Below are positions 1 through 7,761 of a stretch of DNA of 34,542 bases, in pieces. Position numbers and translations under genes: made by a program. The stretch comes from a virus (lineage: Duplodnaviria; Caudoviricetes), in IMG/VR virus record IMGVR_UViG_3300030330_001107, positions 1 through 34,542 of that record, one strand, 5' to 3'. Below the pieces are notes generated by a model that was given only the letters and a program-made list of their open reading frames with translations, ran no database searches and was not told the origin of the DNA. The number at the start of each line of letters is the position of its first letter. Position 1 is the first letter of the stretch.

Positions 1-61
1 TATTAGATGCTTCATCTAATTTAACTCTCTCTATCTCTAGCATTCTTTTCATAATTCTTAA

Positions 62-103
62 CTCCTTATGTATTAAATATAACAGCTAATGTCATATTTA
101 CAA
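62..103 (-). promoter_or_regulatory. Putative sigma70 promoter and RBS for the Mom-like/int operon, with operator at 80..94 (copy at 34300..34341)
   Basis: On the - strand: TTGTAA-16bp-TATATT with an extended TGn. AAGGAG (62..67) precedes the ATG at 52 (=34290). Confidence 0.5.
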
Positions 104-117
104 GGTCAAAACAGAAA

Positions 118-139
118 AAAATGGGTACAAAATGAGTAC
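118..139 (+). repeat. attP arm-type integrase binding sites (tandem 11-mers)
   Basis: AAAATGGGTAC-AAAATGAGTAC on one side of the tRNA core. A matching pair lies at 339..360. Confidence 0.75.
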
Positions 140-181
140 AAGATATATTTTTAAGAAATAAAATTTTAGGTTGGAGAGGTG

Positions 182-194
182 TAAAGTATTGATA
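182..194 (-). promoter_or_regulatory. IHF binding site in attP
   Basis: TATCAATACTTTA matches the IHF consensus WATCAANNNNTTR and lies between arm and core. Confidence 0.6.
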
Positions 195-210
195 TAGTTG
201 AGTTTTTTAG

Positions 211-261
211 TGGTGACCCCTACGGGATTCGAACCCGTGTTGCCGCCGTGAAAGGGCGGTG
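211..261 (-). mobile_element. attP core: 3' half of tRNA-Glu(TTC) (copy at 34449..34499)
   Basis: The - strand reads CACCGCCCTTTCACGGCGGCAACACGGGTTCGAATCCCGTAGGGGTCACCA: anticodon arm with TTC, T-arm GTTCGAATC and CCA end. There is no D-arm or 5' acceptor strand upstream. It lies next to the int operon on the circle. Confidence 0.9.
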
Positions 262-281
262 AATTTACGTCATCTACTACC

Positions 282-294
282 CAAACAGTTGATT
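282..294 (-). promoter_or_regulatory. IHF binding site in attP
   Basis: AATCAACTGTTTG matches WATCAANNNNTTR. Confidence 0.6.
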
Positions 295-338
295 TACTTG
301 AGCATACTACCCAGTAATTCCCACCCATACCCCATCAA

Positions 339-360
339 AAAGTGGGTACAAAATGGGTAC
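339..360 (+). repeat. attP arm-type integrase binding sites (tandem 11-mers)
   Basis: AAAGTGGGTAC-AAAATGGGTAC, the same motif as 118..139. Confidence 0.75.
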
Positions 361-362
361 AG

Positions 363-464
363 TTAAGATTTGTTTTTACCCATTAAAGATTTGTTTTTTT
401 TCTTACCTTTTTTCATAGGTTTTTTTTTGGAAGGTGTGCTTCCATATGATGATTTGCCGTACAT
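363..464 (-). CDS. 33-aa Lys-rich peptide (not in ORF track)
   Basis: Hand translation: MYGKSSYGSTPSKKKPMKKGKKKNKSLMGKNKS. It starts 3 nt after the 62-aa gene stop, with AAGGA upstream. Confidence 0.6.
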   Translation of the reverse strand: MYGKSSYGSTPSKKKPMKKGKKKNKSLMGKNKS

Positions 465-467
465 ATT

Positions 468-656
468 TTATCCTTTCATTTTTTTCATAATTGACATTGC
501 TTTAGATTTAGCACCTTTAGATAAATCTTTTGCATGATAAACTTGTTTAGAACTAGCATTGTGTGTCTTGCCAGTATGAATAGCACCACCAGGCATCTTA
601 TGTACCTCACCTTTATATGGTTTGCCATCTCTAAAAAAATGAATTCCTTCTGCCAT
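468..656 (-). CDS. Small basic hypothetical protein (His-rich motif HKMPGGAIHTGKTH)
   Basis: ORF track. AAGGAG RBS; lies in the late operon. Confidence 0.75.
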   Translation of the reverse strand: MAEGIHFFRDGKPYKGEVHKMPGGAIHTGKTHNASSKQVYHAKDLSKGAKSKAMSIMKKMKG

Positions 657-668
657 TATATTCTCCTT

Positions 669-929
669 CTAAGTCCATTTAGTTTTGTTTGCCCAATAAG
701 CTGCACTCATCACGCCCTTATCGATATTCTTTTTATGTCTAGCCTTAAAACTCTTTTGTCGTTTGGTGGGCGTTTTATCGCCACTAACGCCTTGTTGCCC
801 AAACCTAATTGTTTTTATTTTACTTCCTGACTTTGCAACAACCATATGACTTTTGGTTGGATGATTTGGTGTTCGTTTAGGTTTGTTGTAGCCACTAAGT
901 TTAAATCTTTTTAAAAGACTTGCACTCAT
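669..929 (-). CDS. Small basic conserved phage protein (IRFGQQG...KSFKARH...SAAYWA; DUF5754/DUF6321-like)
   Basis: ORF track. Motifs recalled from marine phage late genes. Confidence 0.7.
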   Translation of the reverse strand: MSASLLKRFKLSGYNKPKRTPNHPTKSHMVVAKSGSKIKTIRFGQQGVSGDKTPTKRQKSFKARHKKNIDKGVMSAAYWANKTKWT

Positions 930-1096
930 GTTGAACGTACTGATCCCATCTTAGCTGCTTTCTGAGCGAATTGTGATCCACCCATTTTAGTCATGGTGCC
1001 ATAAACATATCGATCTGCTGCTTTACCTTTAAGACCTTTTTGTTTAGCTTTCGCCATCAAAGATTTTTCTAATTTTTCTTTCATCATGCCAGGCAT
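926..1096 (-). CDS. 56-aa basic hypothetical protein (not in ORF track)
   Basis: MPGMMKEKLEKSLMAKAKQKGLKGKAADRYVYGTM...GSVRST. It fills the gap exactly, with TAATG and ATGA overlaps. Confidence 0.75.
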   Translation of the reverse strand: MPGMMKEKLEKSLMAKAKQKGLKGKAADRYVYGTMTKMGGSQFAQKAAKMGSVRST

Positions 1097-1341
1097 TATA
1101 CTCTCCTATATTGTCTTGTTTTTTTCATGATTGATTCAGGTTGTTTAGAAAACTGTTTACCAGCCTTCTTAGCTTTTCTTTTAGCAGCTGTAGTTGCAGC
1201 ATATTCAGCTGGTGTTAATGCTTTTATGGCAGCTGTGGGTAAATATCTTTCTCCAGTTACACTTGATTTTTTACCTGACTTTGTACGCCACTTTTGATCT
1301 CCCCAGCTTTTAAGACTTTGCTGTGATTTTGCCAAACTCAT
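1096..1341 (-). CDS. Small basic protein, DUF5872-like C-terminal half
   Basis: QQSLKSWGDQKWRTKSG...ERYLP motif. Confidence 0.7.
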   Translation of the reverse strand: MSLAKSQQSLKSWGDQKWRTKSGKKSSVTGERYLPTAAIKALTPAEYAATTAAKRKAKKAGKQFSKQPESIMKKTRQYRRV

Positions 1342-1505
1342 TTATAACCACCACCTCTAGCTTTATAGGTTTTAGCCAAGAGTTGTGCTTTCCTGGCTGA
1401 CCATTTACCAGCTGCGGTACCGTGAGTAGCTCGACCTAAAATAGATTTATATAATCTTTTTCTCATTGTTGGTTTGGTGTAATTACCAGCTGCGTTAACT
1501 GCCAT
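1338..1505 (-). CDS. 55-aa basic protein, DUF5872-like N-terminal half (not in ORF track)
   Basis: MAVNAAGNYTKPTMRKRLYKSILGRATHGTAAGKWSARKAQLLAKTYKARGGGYK. ATGA overlap with the next gene. Confidence 0.75.
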   Translation of the reverse strand: MAVNAAGNYTKPTMRKRLYKSILGRATHGTAAGKWSARKAQLLAKTYKARGGGYK

Positions 1506-1950
1506 AGATCAAACCTTTCTGATAACCAGTATCTCGATTGTAAGTTAATGTTTCTTTTCTAGGTTCATGAACATAACTGCAATGAACCCAGCCTGAGTTT
1601 TTGTCCGTTGGTTTATAGCATTCCAAAATCAACTGATCGAATGGTAGGTTACTTTCTATCCACCTGGCTAAATCATAATTGTCTATACCTGATACCTCAA
1701 AGTCAGCTGCCTGACCTTTGGCGTGTTGACTTTTAACTGTAGATCCAACAGCTACACATAATTCAGGTGATCTATATCCACTAGAAACAATGAATGCACC
1801 AAACTTATCTCTAATAGGTTGCAGAATATTTTCAGCTAATAGTTTTAAATTTTCTATGTGTTCTTTTTCAGGATAGTTATCTATACCTTTTCTTTCAGCT
1901 GTCTGACTTTTAATCATTTCAGCCAAGGTAAAATTTGTTGATAGTTCCAT
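1495..1950 (-). CDS. Endolysin, peptidase M15 family (Zn peptidase)
   Basis: SSGYRS, SQHAKGQAAD and WVHCS Zn-binding motifs. Confidence 0.9.
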   Translation of the reverse strand: MELSTNFTLAEMIKSQTAERKGIDNYPEKEHIENLKLLAENILQPIRDKFGAFIVSSGYRSPELCVAVGSTVKSQHAKGQAADFEVSGIDNYDLARWIESNLPFDQLILECYKPTDKNSGWVHCSYVHEPRKETLTYNRDTGYQKGLIYGS

Positions 1951-2330
1951 TATTTTTTTTTCCTAAACTTATCCACACCTTTCAATCCTAGTCCAGCTAG
2001 AATTGTGACGTATAAAACATTTTGATACCAATCAGGTAATTCATTTAATCTATCAAAACCTTGTTTAACTATGTCTTCCATACCAGGAATGAAAACTAGT
2101 ATTACTGGGATAAGAACTATAATTGTAATAATCTCATCTTTCCAAGAGTTCTGAGTGCTCTGTGCCATGATAAGTTCCCACTTACTATCATGGGTGGCAG
2201 CTGTCTTCATTACCTCTGCTTCAGCTTCTGCTTTAGCTTTGGCAACAGCAGCTTTGCCTTTTGTTTCCTCAAGCTTTCTATCTAAAAAAGATGTAGCTAA
2301 ATTAGCTAACGGCGTAAGAAATTGTATCAT
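1950..2330 (-). CDS. Holin-like membrane protein (3TM holin type)
   Basis: SWKDE motif followed by hydrophobic segments and a basic C-terminus; coupled to the endolysin. Confidence 0.65.
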   Translation of the reverse strand: MIQFLTPLANLATSFLDRKLEETKGKAAVAKAKAEAEAEVMKTAATHDSKWELIMAQSTQNSWKDEIITIIVLIPVILVFIPGMEDIVKQGFDRLNELPDWYQNVLYVTILAGLGLKGVDKFRKKK

Positions 2331-2647
2331 TTTTTACTCTTATCCATCCAAGCAGTTGTACCCATGTATGTTCCAACAATACCAGCTCCACTTATATAGA
2401 AGAGCGAACTTATCTCTGCTAGAGCTTCCACCCTGGGAATAGGAATTACAAACTGTGCAGCTGTAAATACACCCATACCAATTAGTGTATATCTCGCCAT
2501 TCTAAGCTGTGCTAAATTTTTTCTTAATCGACTTTCGTTCTCTTTAATTTCTTTGGCTAATTTTATTTCCTCATTTGTAATTTCATTGTCTTTATTAAGA
2601 TCATAAGAATCAATTATAGATCCTTTTTGTAATTTCTTTTGTGCCAT
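2327..2647 (-). CDS. EF-hand-like, 2-TM membrane protein of the lysis cassette (start re-called to MAQKK)
   Basis: DLNKDNEITNEE loop and two hydrophobic helices. The ATG at 2647 overlaps the upstream TAA. Confidence 0.6.
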   Translation of the reverse strand: MAQKKLQKGSIIDSYDLNKDNEITNEEIKLAKEIKENESRLRKNLAQLRMARYTLIGMGVFTAAQFVIPIPRVEALAEISSLFYISGAGIVGTYMGTTAWMDKSKK

Positions 2648-2847
2648 TAAAATAACCTCGTGCCTTTGTTTACTAGAGTGGCTTTGCATAAACATTCATA
2701 TTTACGCACCTGATCCCCAAGTTGCACTACCTGACCATGCAATCTTTTTTTAAAATAATTACAATTATTTACATTAGAAAATTTTATATCTCCACTATAT
2801 TGTAAAGGATCTGTCATAAAACACATTAATATAAATGCAGCTTTCAT
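2647..2847 (-). CDS. Small Cys-rich, possibly exported hypothetical protein
   Basis: Hydrophobic N-terminus, 4 Cys, overlaps both neighbours. Confidence 0.6.
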   Translation of the reverse strand: MKAAFILMCFMTDPLQYSGDIKFSNVNNCNYFKKRLHGQVVQLGDQVRKYECLCKATLVNKGTRLF

Positions 2848-3323
2848 CTACTTTCCTTATATAACCAAGCAAGCATAAAAATAAATCCAACAACTGTAAG
2901 AAATAATACTATCCAGCCTATAACTTCCCATATCTTGCGGATCATTTCTTGTCTTTCATAAATCTCTTTTTTTCGCTGTAGCCTAATCTCCTTTTCCATT
3001 TCTAAAATTTGGTTCCATGAATTGGCTCCATAGTGAAAATTCAAAAATGACTTGAGTTCCTGACGTTGTGCTTCTAACTTTTTCTTTGCGGTAAATGCTT
3101 CAATAGCACTTGCTTCTATCTCTTTGCCTTTAAATAATTTACGAAGTGGTGAAGCATTCTTCGCAGATTTTTCTGCATTATCAACATCTGAAACCGCTGA
3201 CATCCAACGGCTCAAATCTTTGCCCATTGATTCTATTTCTCGACCAGCCATAAAACCAGCACGAATTGCACCAAAAGCTTTGGAAGCTGCTGTAATGGCA
3301 AGCCCAATTGATGCTGGATCCAT
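2844..3323 (-). CDS. Hypothetical coiled-coil protein with C-terminal TM helix
   Basis: ORF track. TM segment VIGWIVLFLTVVGFIFMLAWL. Confidence 0.75.
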   Translation of the reverse strand: MDPASIGLAITAASKAFGAIRAGFMAGREIESMGKDLSRWMSAVSDVDNAEKSAKNASPLRKLFKGKEIEASAIEAFTAKKKLEAQRQELKSFLNFHYGANSWNQILEMEKEIRLQRKKEIYERQEMIRKIWEVIGWIVLFLTVVGFIFMLAWLYKESR

Positions 3324-3353
3324 TTAATTTTTTTCCTATTTTATAACTATTGA

Positions 3354-3893
3354 CTAGACTTTTATTTCTTGTGCCATAATAAAACTAATACCTCTTTCAA
3401 AAGCAGAGTTATCTGTATCAGTTGCTGTTTTATTTAAATGCCATACAGCATTAGTACTTATACCTGATTGAACTGCTATTTTGTAAGTAATTTGAGAAGT
3501 AGAATTAGGTTCATCGTGATGAGCATAAAAAACAGTTTCAGGAGTACTTGCATAGTCTGTATGATAAAAAGACATGGAAGGAGCCATGATACCTACATTT
3601 CTGTTACCAGCAACTGGTGCTTTTAAATCAGTTGAACCACGTCTAAACATAAAATTTACATTGTGTGCACCATTGGCACTTACCTCACCAAAAACTTGTC
3701 CAGTTAAAAATATAATACTATTTGAAAATTTAGGAGTTATATTTACAGACAAACCAGTCATATCTACAACTTGATAACTTGTCATGGTAATAGTGTCTGT
3801 TGTACTAACAACTGTCTTTTGTGTCTGTATAACACTTCCACTAGGTAAAGAACTTAAACCACTTCCACCAAAATTTAATTTTGTTAATGCCAT
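3354..3893 (-). CDS. Tail fibre/spike module (beta-sandwich head)
   Basis: LPSGSVIQT, LSVNITPKFSNS and ITYK...FIMAQEI pattern typical of marine phage fibre tips. Confidence 0.7.
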   Translation of the reverse strand: MALTKLNFGGSGLSSLPSGSVIQTQKTVVSTTDTITMTSYQVVDMTGLSVNITPKFSNSIIFLTGQVFGEVSANGAHNVNFMFRRGSTDLKAPVAGNRNVGIMAPSMSFYHTDYASTPETVFYAHHDEPNSTSQITYKIAVQSGISTNAVWHLNKTATDTDNSAFERGISFIMAQEIKV

Positions 3894-3896
3894 ATT

Positions 3897-4403
3897 CTAT
3901 CCTACTAAATGTCCACTAAATGAGCTTGTTCCATTAACTGTCCACGCAGTATCTACACTTGAAGATGCAGTAACTTGTATTGTATCATTGGCAGATAAGC
4001 TAAAAGTTTCTGATGGAGTATATGTTTGATATAAAACAGAAGCAGTTCCATAAATTGTATATGTTGCACCAGCATTTTGTGCATTTTTTCTCATTCTTAC
4101 AGTAACAAAACCACTTCCTATACTATCAACCCTTATATTTGCTGTTACATGATAAATTCCAGTTACTGGAACTGTTATTGTACCACTACTTAAAGTACAA
4201 CCACCTTGTAAAAAAAAATCATTGCCAGTTGTTTCATCAAATCCTATGACATTCTGTGTAGTAGCTGTTCTTGATTCTGATGAAGCAAGACTAATTCTCC
4301 AAGCTGGTATAACGGATCGATTTACAACACCATTACTGTTAATACTCAAAGCTGAAGTACCACTACTGTTCTGAATATTGTTTACTTTAATTATACTTGT
4401 CAT
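3897..4403 (-). CDS. Tail fibre module, C1q-like head
   Basis: ITVPVTGIYHV ... SFSGHLVG C1q-like signature. Confidence 0.75.
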   Translation of the reverse strand: MTSIIKVNNIQNSSGTSALSINSNGVVNRSVIPAWRISLASSESRTATTQNVIGFDETTGNDFFLQGGCTLSSGTITVPVTGIYHVTANIRVDSIGSGFVTVRMRKNAQNAGATYTIYGTASVLYQTYTPSETFSLSANDTIQVTASSSVDTAWTVNGTSSFSGHLVG

Positions 4404-4406
4404 AGT

Positions 4407-4958
4407 TTATCCTACTTGTTGAAATGTACATTGTGTTCCATTATCACCAGTATAAAGGCTTGTACTGCCTTGAACATAAACATGAAATGCAACTCTTTGT
4501 GTAGATACATCTGTTATTTCAATAAGTGACTGGCAAAAAGAAGTTGCCCAACCACCATCTGTCCATATTCCAGTTAAAGATCTTGTTAGTTTACTATAAT
4601 TATTACCACTATCTGAGGAATATTTTATCTGTCCTCCAGTATAAGTTCTGTTGCCACCACTAGCTTGACATTGAAATTGAGCCTGAATTAAAAATTTACC
4701 AGTATGAGGAAATGTAAATATTCCACTACTGTGTGTCATTGATGCTCCTAGTGTTGTATGTGGTGCAGATAAAGTTGTCCAATTAGTTATTAACTCTTGT
4801 CCTGAAACTGTTACATGGTCAGCTATCTTAAACGAAGCAATAACCATTTTTGATGGAGTCATTGTACCATTGCTATTTACTGTCATAGCAGTATTAGTAC
4901 CAGTACTATCTTTTATATTAGCGACTTCTAAGTTTGTTGCATTTATAATTCCACTCAT
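4407..4958 (-). CDS. Tail fibre module, C1q-like head
   Basis: SSGIFTFPHTGKFLI signature. Confidence 0.75.
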   Translation of the reverse strand: MSGIINATNLEVANIKDSTGTNTAMTVNSNGTMTPSKMVIASFKIADHVTVSGQELITNWTTLSAPHTTLGASMTHSSGIFTFPHTGKFLIQAQFQCQASGGNRTYTGGQIKYSSDSGNNYSKLTRSLTGIWTDGGWATSFCQSLIEITDVSTQRVAFHVYVQGSTSLYTGDNGTQCTFQQVG

Positions 4959-5476
4959 TATGAATCCACCTTATAACCATAAATTCTTGATCTGAATGTG
5001 CCAGTATTTATTCTGCCACCACCTCCACCAGAATGATCTGCACATGAAACATTAAATTCGATTGTATCACCAACAGCTAGTACAATAAGTTTTTCAAGAA
5101 TTAAACTTCCAACTCTTGTATATCCTTGATTTGAATTATGTGCATATTGTTCTTCAGCTGTAATTGATCCATTTTTATACATAGTAATTGCATAAGATTC
5201 ACCATCTCCACCAATACCAGCAAAATCAATTTCTACTTGAGCTTTTATTATATAAGTTCCACCTTGATCACTTGGAACTGTAAATGTTTGTCCGTTCCAT
5301 GCAGAATCTGTATCTATTTCATTTAAAGTAAATCCAGTAAGAGTTGTGTTTGCTCCTCTGCTTAATGTAATTAAAGCAGATGGCTCTCCATAAAAATGTA
5401 CCATCTTTTTATTACTTATAGTAACTTTACCATTACTAGTCTTTGGCTCTATTGTATCTACAAATATTTTAGACAA
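4958..5476 (-). CDS. Tail fibre module, C1q-like head
   Basis: FTVPSDQGGTYII, LAVGDTIEF and GYKV motifs. Confidence 0.75.
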   Translation of the reverse strand: MSKIFVDTIEPKTSNGKVTISNKKMVHFYGEPSALITLSRGANTTLTGFTLNEIDTDSAWNGQTFTVPSDQGGTYIIKAQVEIDFAGIGGDGESYAITMYKNGSITAEEQYAHNSNQGYTRVGSLILEKLIVLAVGDTIEFNVSCADHSGGGGGRINTGTFRSRIYGYKVDS

Positions 5477-5933
5477 TTGTTAACACTCCATTTACTGTTA
5501 AGGTTTTACCATTATCAATAGTAATATCCCCAGCAACCATTGCTCTTTCAGATGTACCTATTGTTATGTTATCTGATATTGTTGCATCATTTATTCTTAG
5601 AGGATCACGAAACAATGTAGTCGATAGATGTGTACCTTGTACTGATCCAGTTGATGGTACACCACTAGACAAAGCACTACCCATCACAAGTATGTAATCG
5701 ATAACATCACTTGCTGATAATGTTTCTGTAAAAATAATCTGTGATCCTGATATATTAAAAGCATCTTGTGGTGCTTGTGTTACACCATTGACAGACACAA
5801 TACATTGCTCAGTTGTTCCAGGTGCGAAAGCTGCACCATTTCTTTGTAAGTTAAATGTGTTAGTTGCACTTGTAGTTATGGCATCTAATTTAATAAACTC
5901 ACCAGTAATATTTTCTCTACCTACATAGGGCAT
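5469..5933 (-). CDS. Tail fibre connector/branch protein
   Basis: MPYVG start, VSVNGVTQAP domain, C-terminal TLTVNGVLTIV. Confidence 0.7.
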   Translation of the reverse strand: MPYVGRENITGEFIKLDAITTSATNTFNLQRNGAAFAPGTTEQCIVSVNGVTQAPQDAFNISGSQIIFTETLSASDVIDYILVMGSALSSGVPSTGSVQGTHLSTTLFRDPLRINDATISDNITIGTSERAMVAGDITIDNGKTLTVNGVLTIV

Positions 5934-5936
5934 AAT

Positions 5937-6227
5937 TTATTCCTTTGGTTTCTCTGGAAACTTAAAATCTTTATCATTCATGCTTTTAAATTTCTTAGTT
6001 ATATCTCTTAGTTCTTGTCTATATGTTTTCCATTTAGTTGGCATGGTTACATCTGAGTTTCCCATATAGTCTGTTTCAGACAATAATGAATTTCTTTGAC
6101 TTCTTAGTTCAGCCAACTCTCTATCAGCTTTTCCATCATTCCATGCTTTTTCTTCAGCATCTCTTGCTTTCTCTTCTTTCGCTGTGAATTTTATTCTTTG
6201 ACCATCTCGTAATTTATATCTTGCCAT
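5937..6227 (-). CDS. Tail fibre assembly chaperone-like protein
   Basis: LRSQRNSLLSETDY...WKTYRQELRDIT...FPEKP motif. Confidence 0.75.
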   Translation of the reverse strand: MARYKLRDGQRIKFTAKEEKARDAEEKAWNDGKADRELAELRSQRNSLLSETDYMGNSDVTMPTKWKTYRQELRDITKKFKSMNDKDFKFPEKPKE

Positions 6228-6811
6228 TATTTTATCCCAAATAACTTATATTGAATTCTAGTTATATTTCCATTTGCAGGAAAATATTTAATAGCACTTG
6301 CTCTAGCTAAATTATTAGCTTCAACAGTATGACAACCTCCACCAACCCATGAGCCAGAACCACCATCTTTAGATTGAGTAGTTTGAAAATTCATTACGTT
6401 AGCTACATCTGTTCTTCCATAATTATTTAAATATATTTGATGACCAAAATATTTAGTAAGTCCTGAACTATGCATAAGAATCATAAAAGCATAAGCAGAG
6501 TTAGCATTTACTTGATTATTTGTCTGATCTAATAATTTACTTTGAGTTGTATAATCACTTGTATCAAAAGAACTTTGACCCTCTCTTTTATGTTGAAGAC
6601 ACCAATTTGATGAACTACTGTGATCCCCTAAAGCTGTTAATTCTAAATAATAACTATCATAGCCAGTTGGTAATGTTATTTCAGTACTTGTTACAGTTGA
6701 AGCTGAATAAACATTTGCAATTAAATCATATCCAGTACCACTAACAGTACCAGTAAAAGCAAAGGTATCTGCTAAGTTCATTGATTCTGCTTGTATCTTA
6801 CTTAATGCCAT
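6227..6811 (-). CDS. Tail fibre module
   Basis: MALSKI start, YDSYYLE and C-terminal YKLFGIK; same head type as the neighbouring fibre. Confidence 0.7.
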   Translation of the reverse strand: MALSKIQAESMNLADTFAFTGTVSGTGYDLIANVYSASTVTSTEITLPTGYDSYYLELTALGDHSSSSNWCLQHKREGQSSFDTSDYTTQSKLLDQTNNQVNANSAYAFMILMHSSGLTKYFGHQIYLNNYGRTDVANVMNFQTTQSKDGGSGSWVGGGCHTVEANNLARASAIKYFPANGNITRIQYKLFGIK

Positions 6812-6813
6812 AA

Positions 6814-7761
6814 TTAACTCTCATTTAATCCATAAAGCTGTGTAACTGCTGTATTAATATTTCCTCCATTTCCATCAGTAATAAAGAATATTGCATTTAT
6901 CATTGATGTTCTTGTTGCTGAATTTATATATCCAGCACTTCGTGTTTCATATACATATCCATCATTTCTAAATTCAAAAGCATTAAATCTTACAACTAAA
7001 ACTTTGCTTCTTTCTTCTGCTGTGTTACCAGTACCAGTTATTTCTATACTTGCATTACACCCTAAAGCAGTTGCACTATTAGAAGCATTTTTAAAAATTC
7101 TAAAACCAGTTGATGAGTTATCACTTCTAGTATCAACTGTTCCGTTATCTAACCTAATGGAAGTAGACTGTTGCCATACATGAGCAAGTGCATTACTACC
7201 ATTATCTACACTAAATCTTAAATCTAGATCTACTGCATTTGTTGCTGGTACAAAATTATGAATTAAAATCTTATATGAATTATACGAAGATGTTATTTTA
7301 TCATTAAAAAATCCTATACTTGCACCATTGCTAGAAGCATTACTTGCAATTGTATATTCTTTTCTTTGTAAAAAAGTATACATAGGTGTGTCTACTGCTC
7401 CACTTGCTATTTGTGCAGAGGTAACTGCATTATTAGCGATCTTAGCAGTTGTTATAGCATCATCAGCTATCTTTGCAGTACTAACACTACTATCTGATGG
7501 CACAGTTGTTTGTACTGCTCTTGCTAAATAAATAACATAAATATCGTCTGAGTTAGACACACTACCAGTAAGTGAAACTGTTGTGCCATTGACAGTATAA
7601 GCTTCTGTAGGCTCTTGTCGTACATTGTTTATATACAATGCAATGTCATTAGCATTAGCTACTGCATGAGTAAGTGTCAGACTTGTACCACTTGCACCAG
7701 TTAAGTCTTGCTTTAAAAGACTTGTAAATGCTGTGTCTACTGGGTTTCCTATATATGCCAT
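6814..7761 (-). CDS. Tail fibre protein with 10-aa (V/I)TxAKIA repeats (start re-called to MAYIGN)
   Basis: LYINNVRQEP domain and SVSTAKIADDAITTAKIANNAVTSAQIA repeats. The ATG at 7761 overlaps the upstream TAA. Confidence 0.75.
   Translation of the reverse strand: MAYIGNPVDTAFTSLLKQDLTGASGTSLTLTHAVANANDIALYINNVRQEPTEAYTVNGTTVSLTGSVSNSDDIYVIYLARAVQTTVPSDSSVSTAKIADDAITTAKIANNAVTSAQIASGAVDTPMYTFLQRKEYTIASNASSNGASIGFFNDKITSSYNSYKILIHNFVPATNAVDLDLRFSVDNGSNALAHVWQQSTSIRLDNGTVDTRSDNSSTGFRIFKNASNSATALGCNASIEITGTGNTAEERSKVLVVRFNAFEFRNDGYVYETRSAGYINSATRTSMINAIFFITDGNGGNINTAVTQLYGLNES

Larger units (their letters stand above)
2..302. repeat. Left copy of 301-bp terminal direct repeat (circular-contig overlap or DTR)
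   Basis: Identical to 34240..34540 (offset 34238). The flanking bases mismatch (1 vs 34239; 303 vs 34541). Confidence 0.95.

Noticed and set aside
211-290. Full-length phage tRNA-Glu gene
   Set aside because: Sequence 5' of the anticodon arm cannot form a D-arm or pair with the GGGGTC acceptor strand, so it is an attP fragment.
98-328. 76-aa ORF on the - strand
   Set aside because: It overlaps the attP core, arm and IHF sites, has no RBS, and is explained by non-coding function.
365-398. AAGATTTGTTTTT direct repeat as a regulatory site
   Set aside because: It corresponds to the repeated KNKS codons of the 33-aa ORF.
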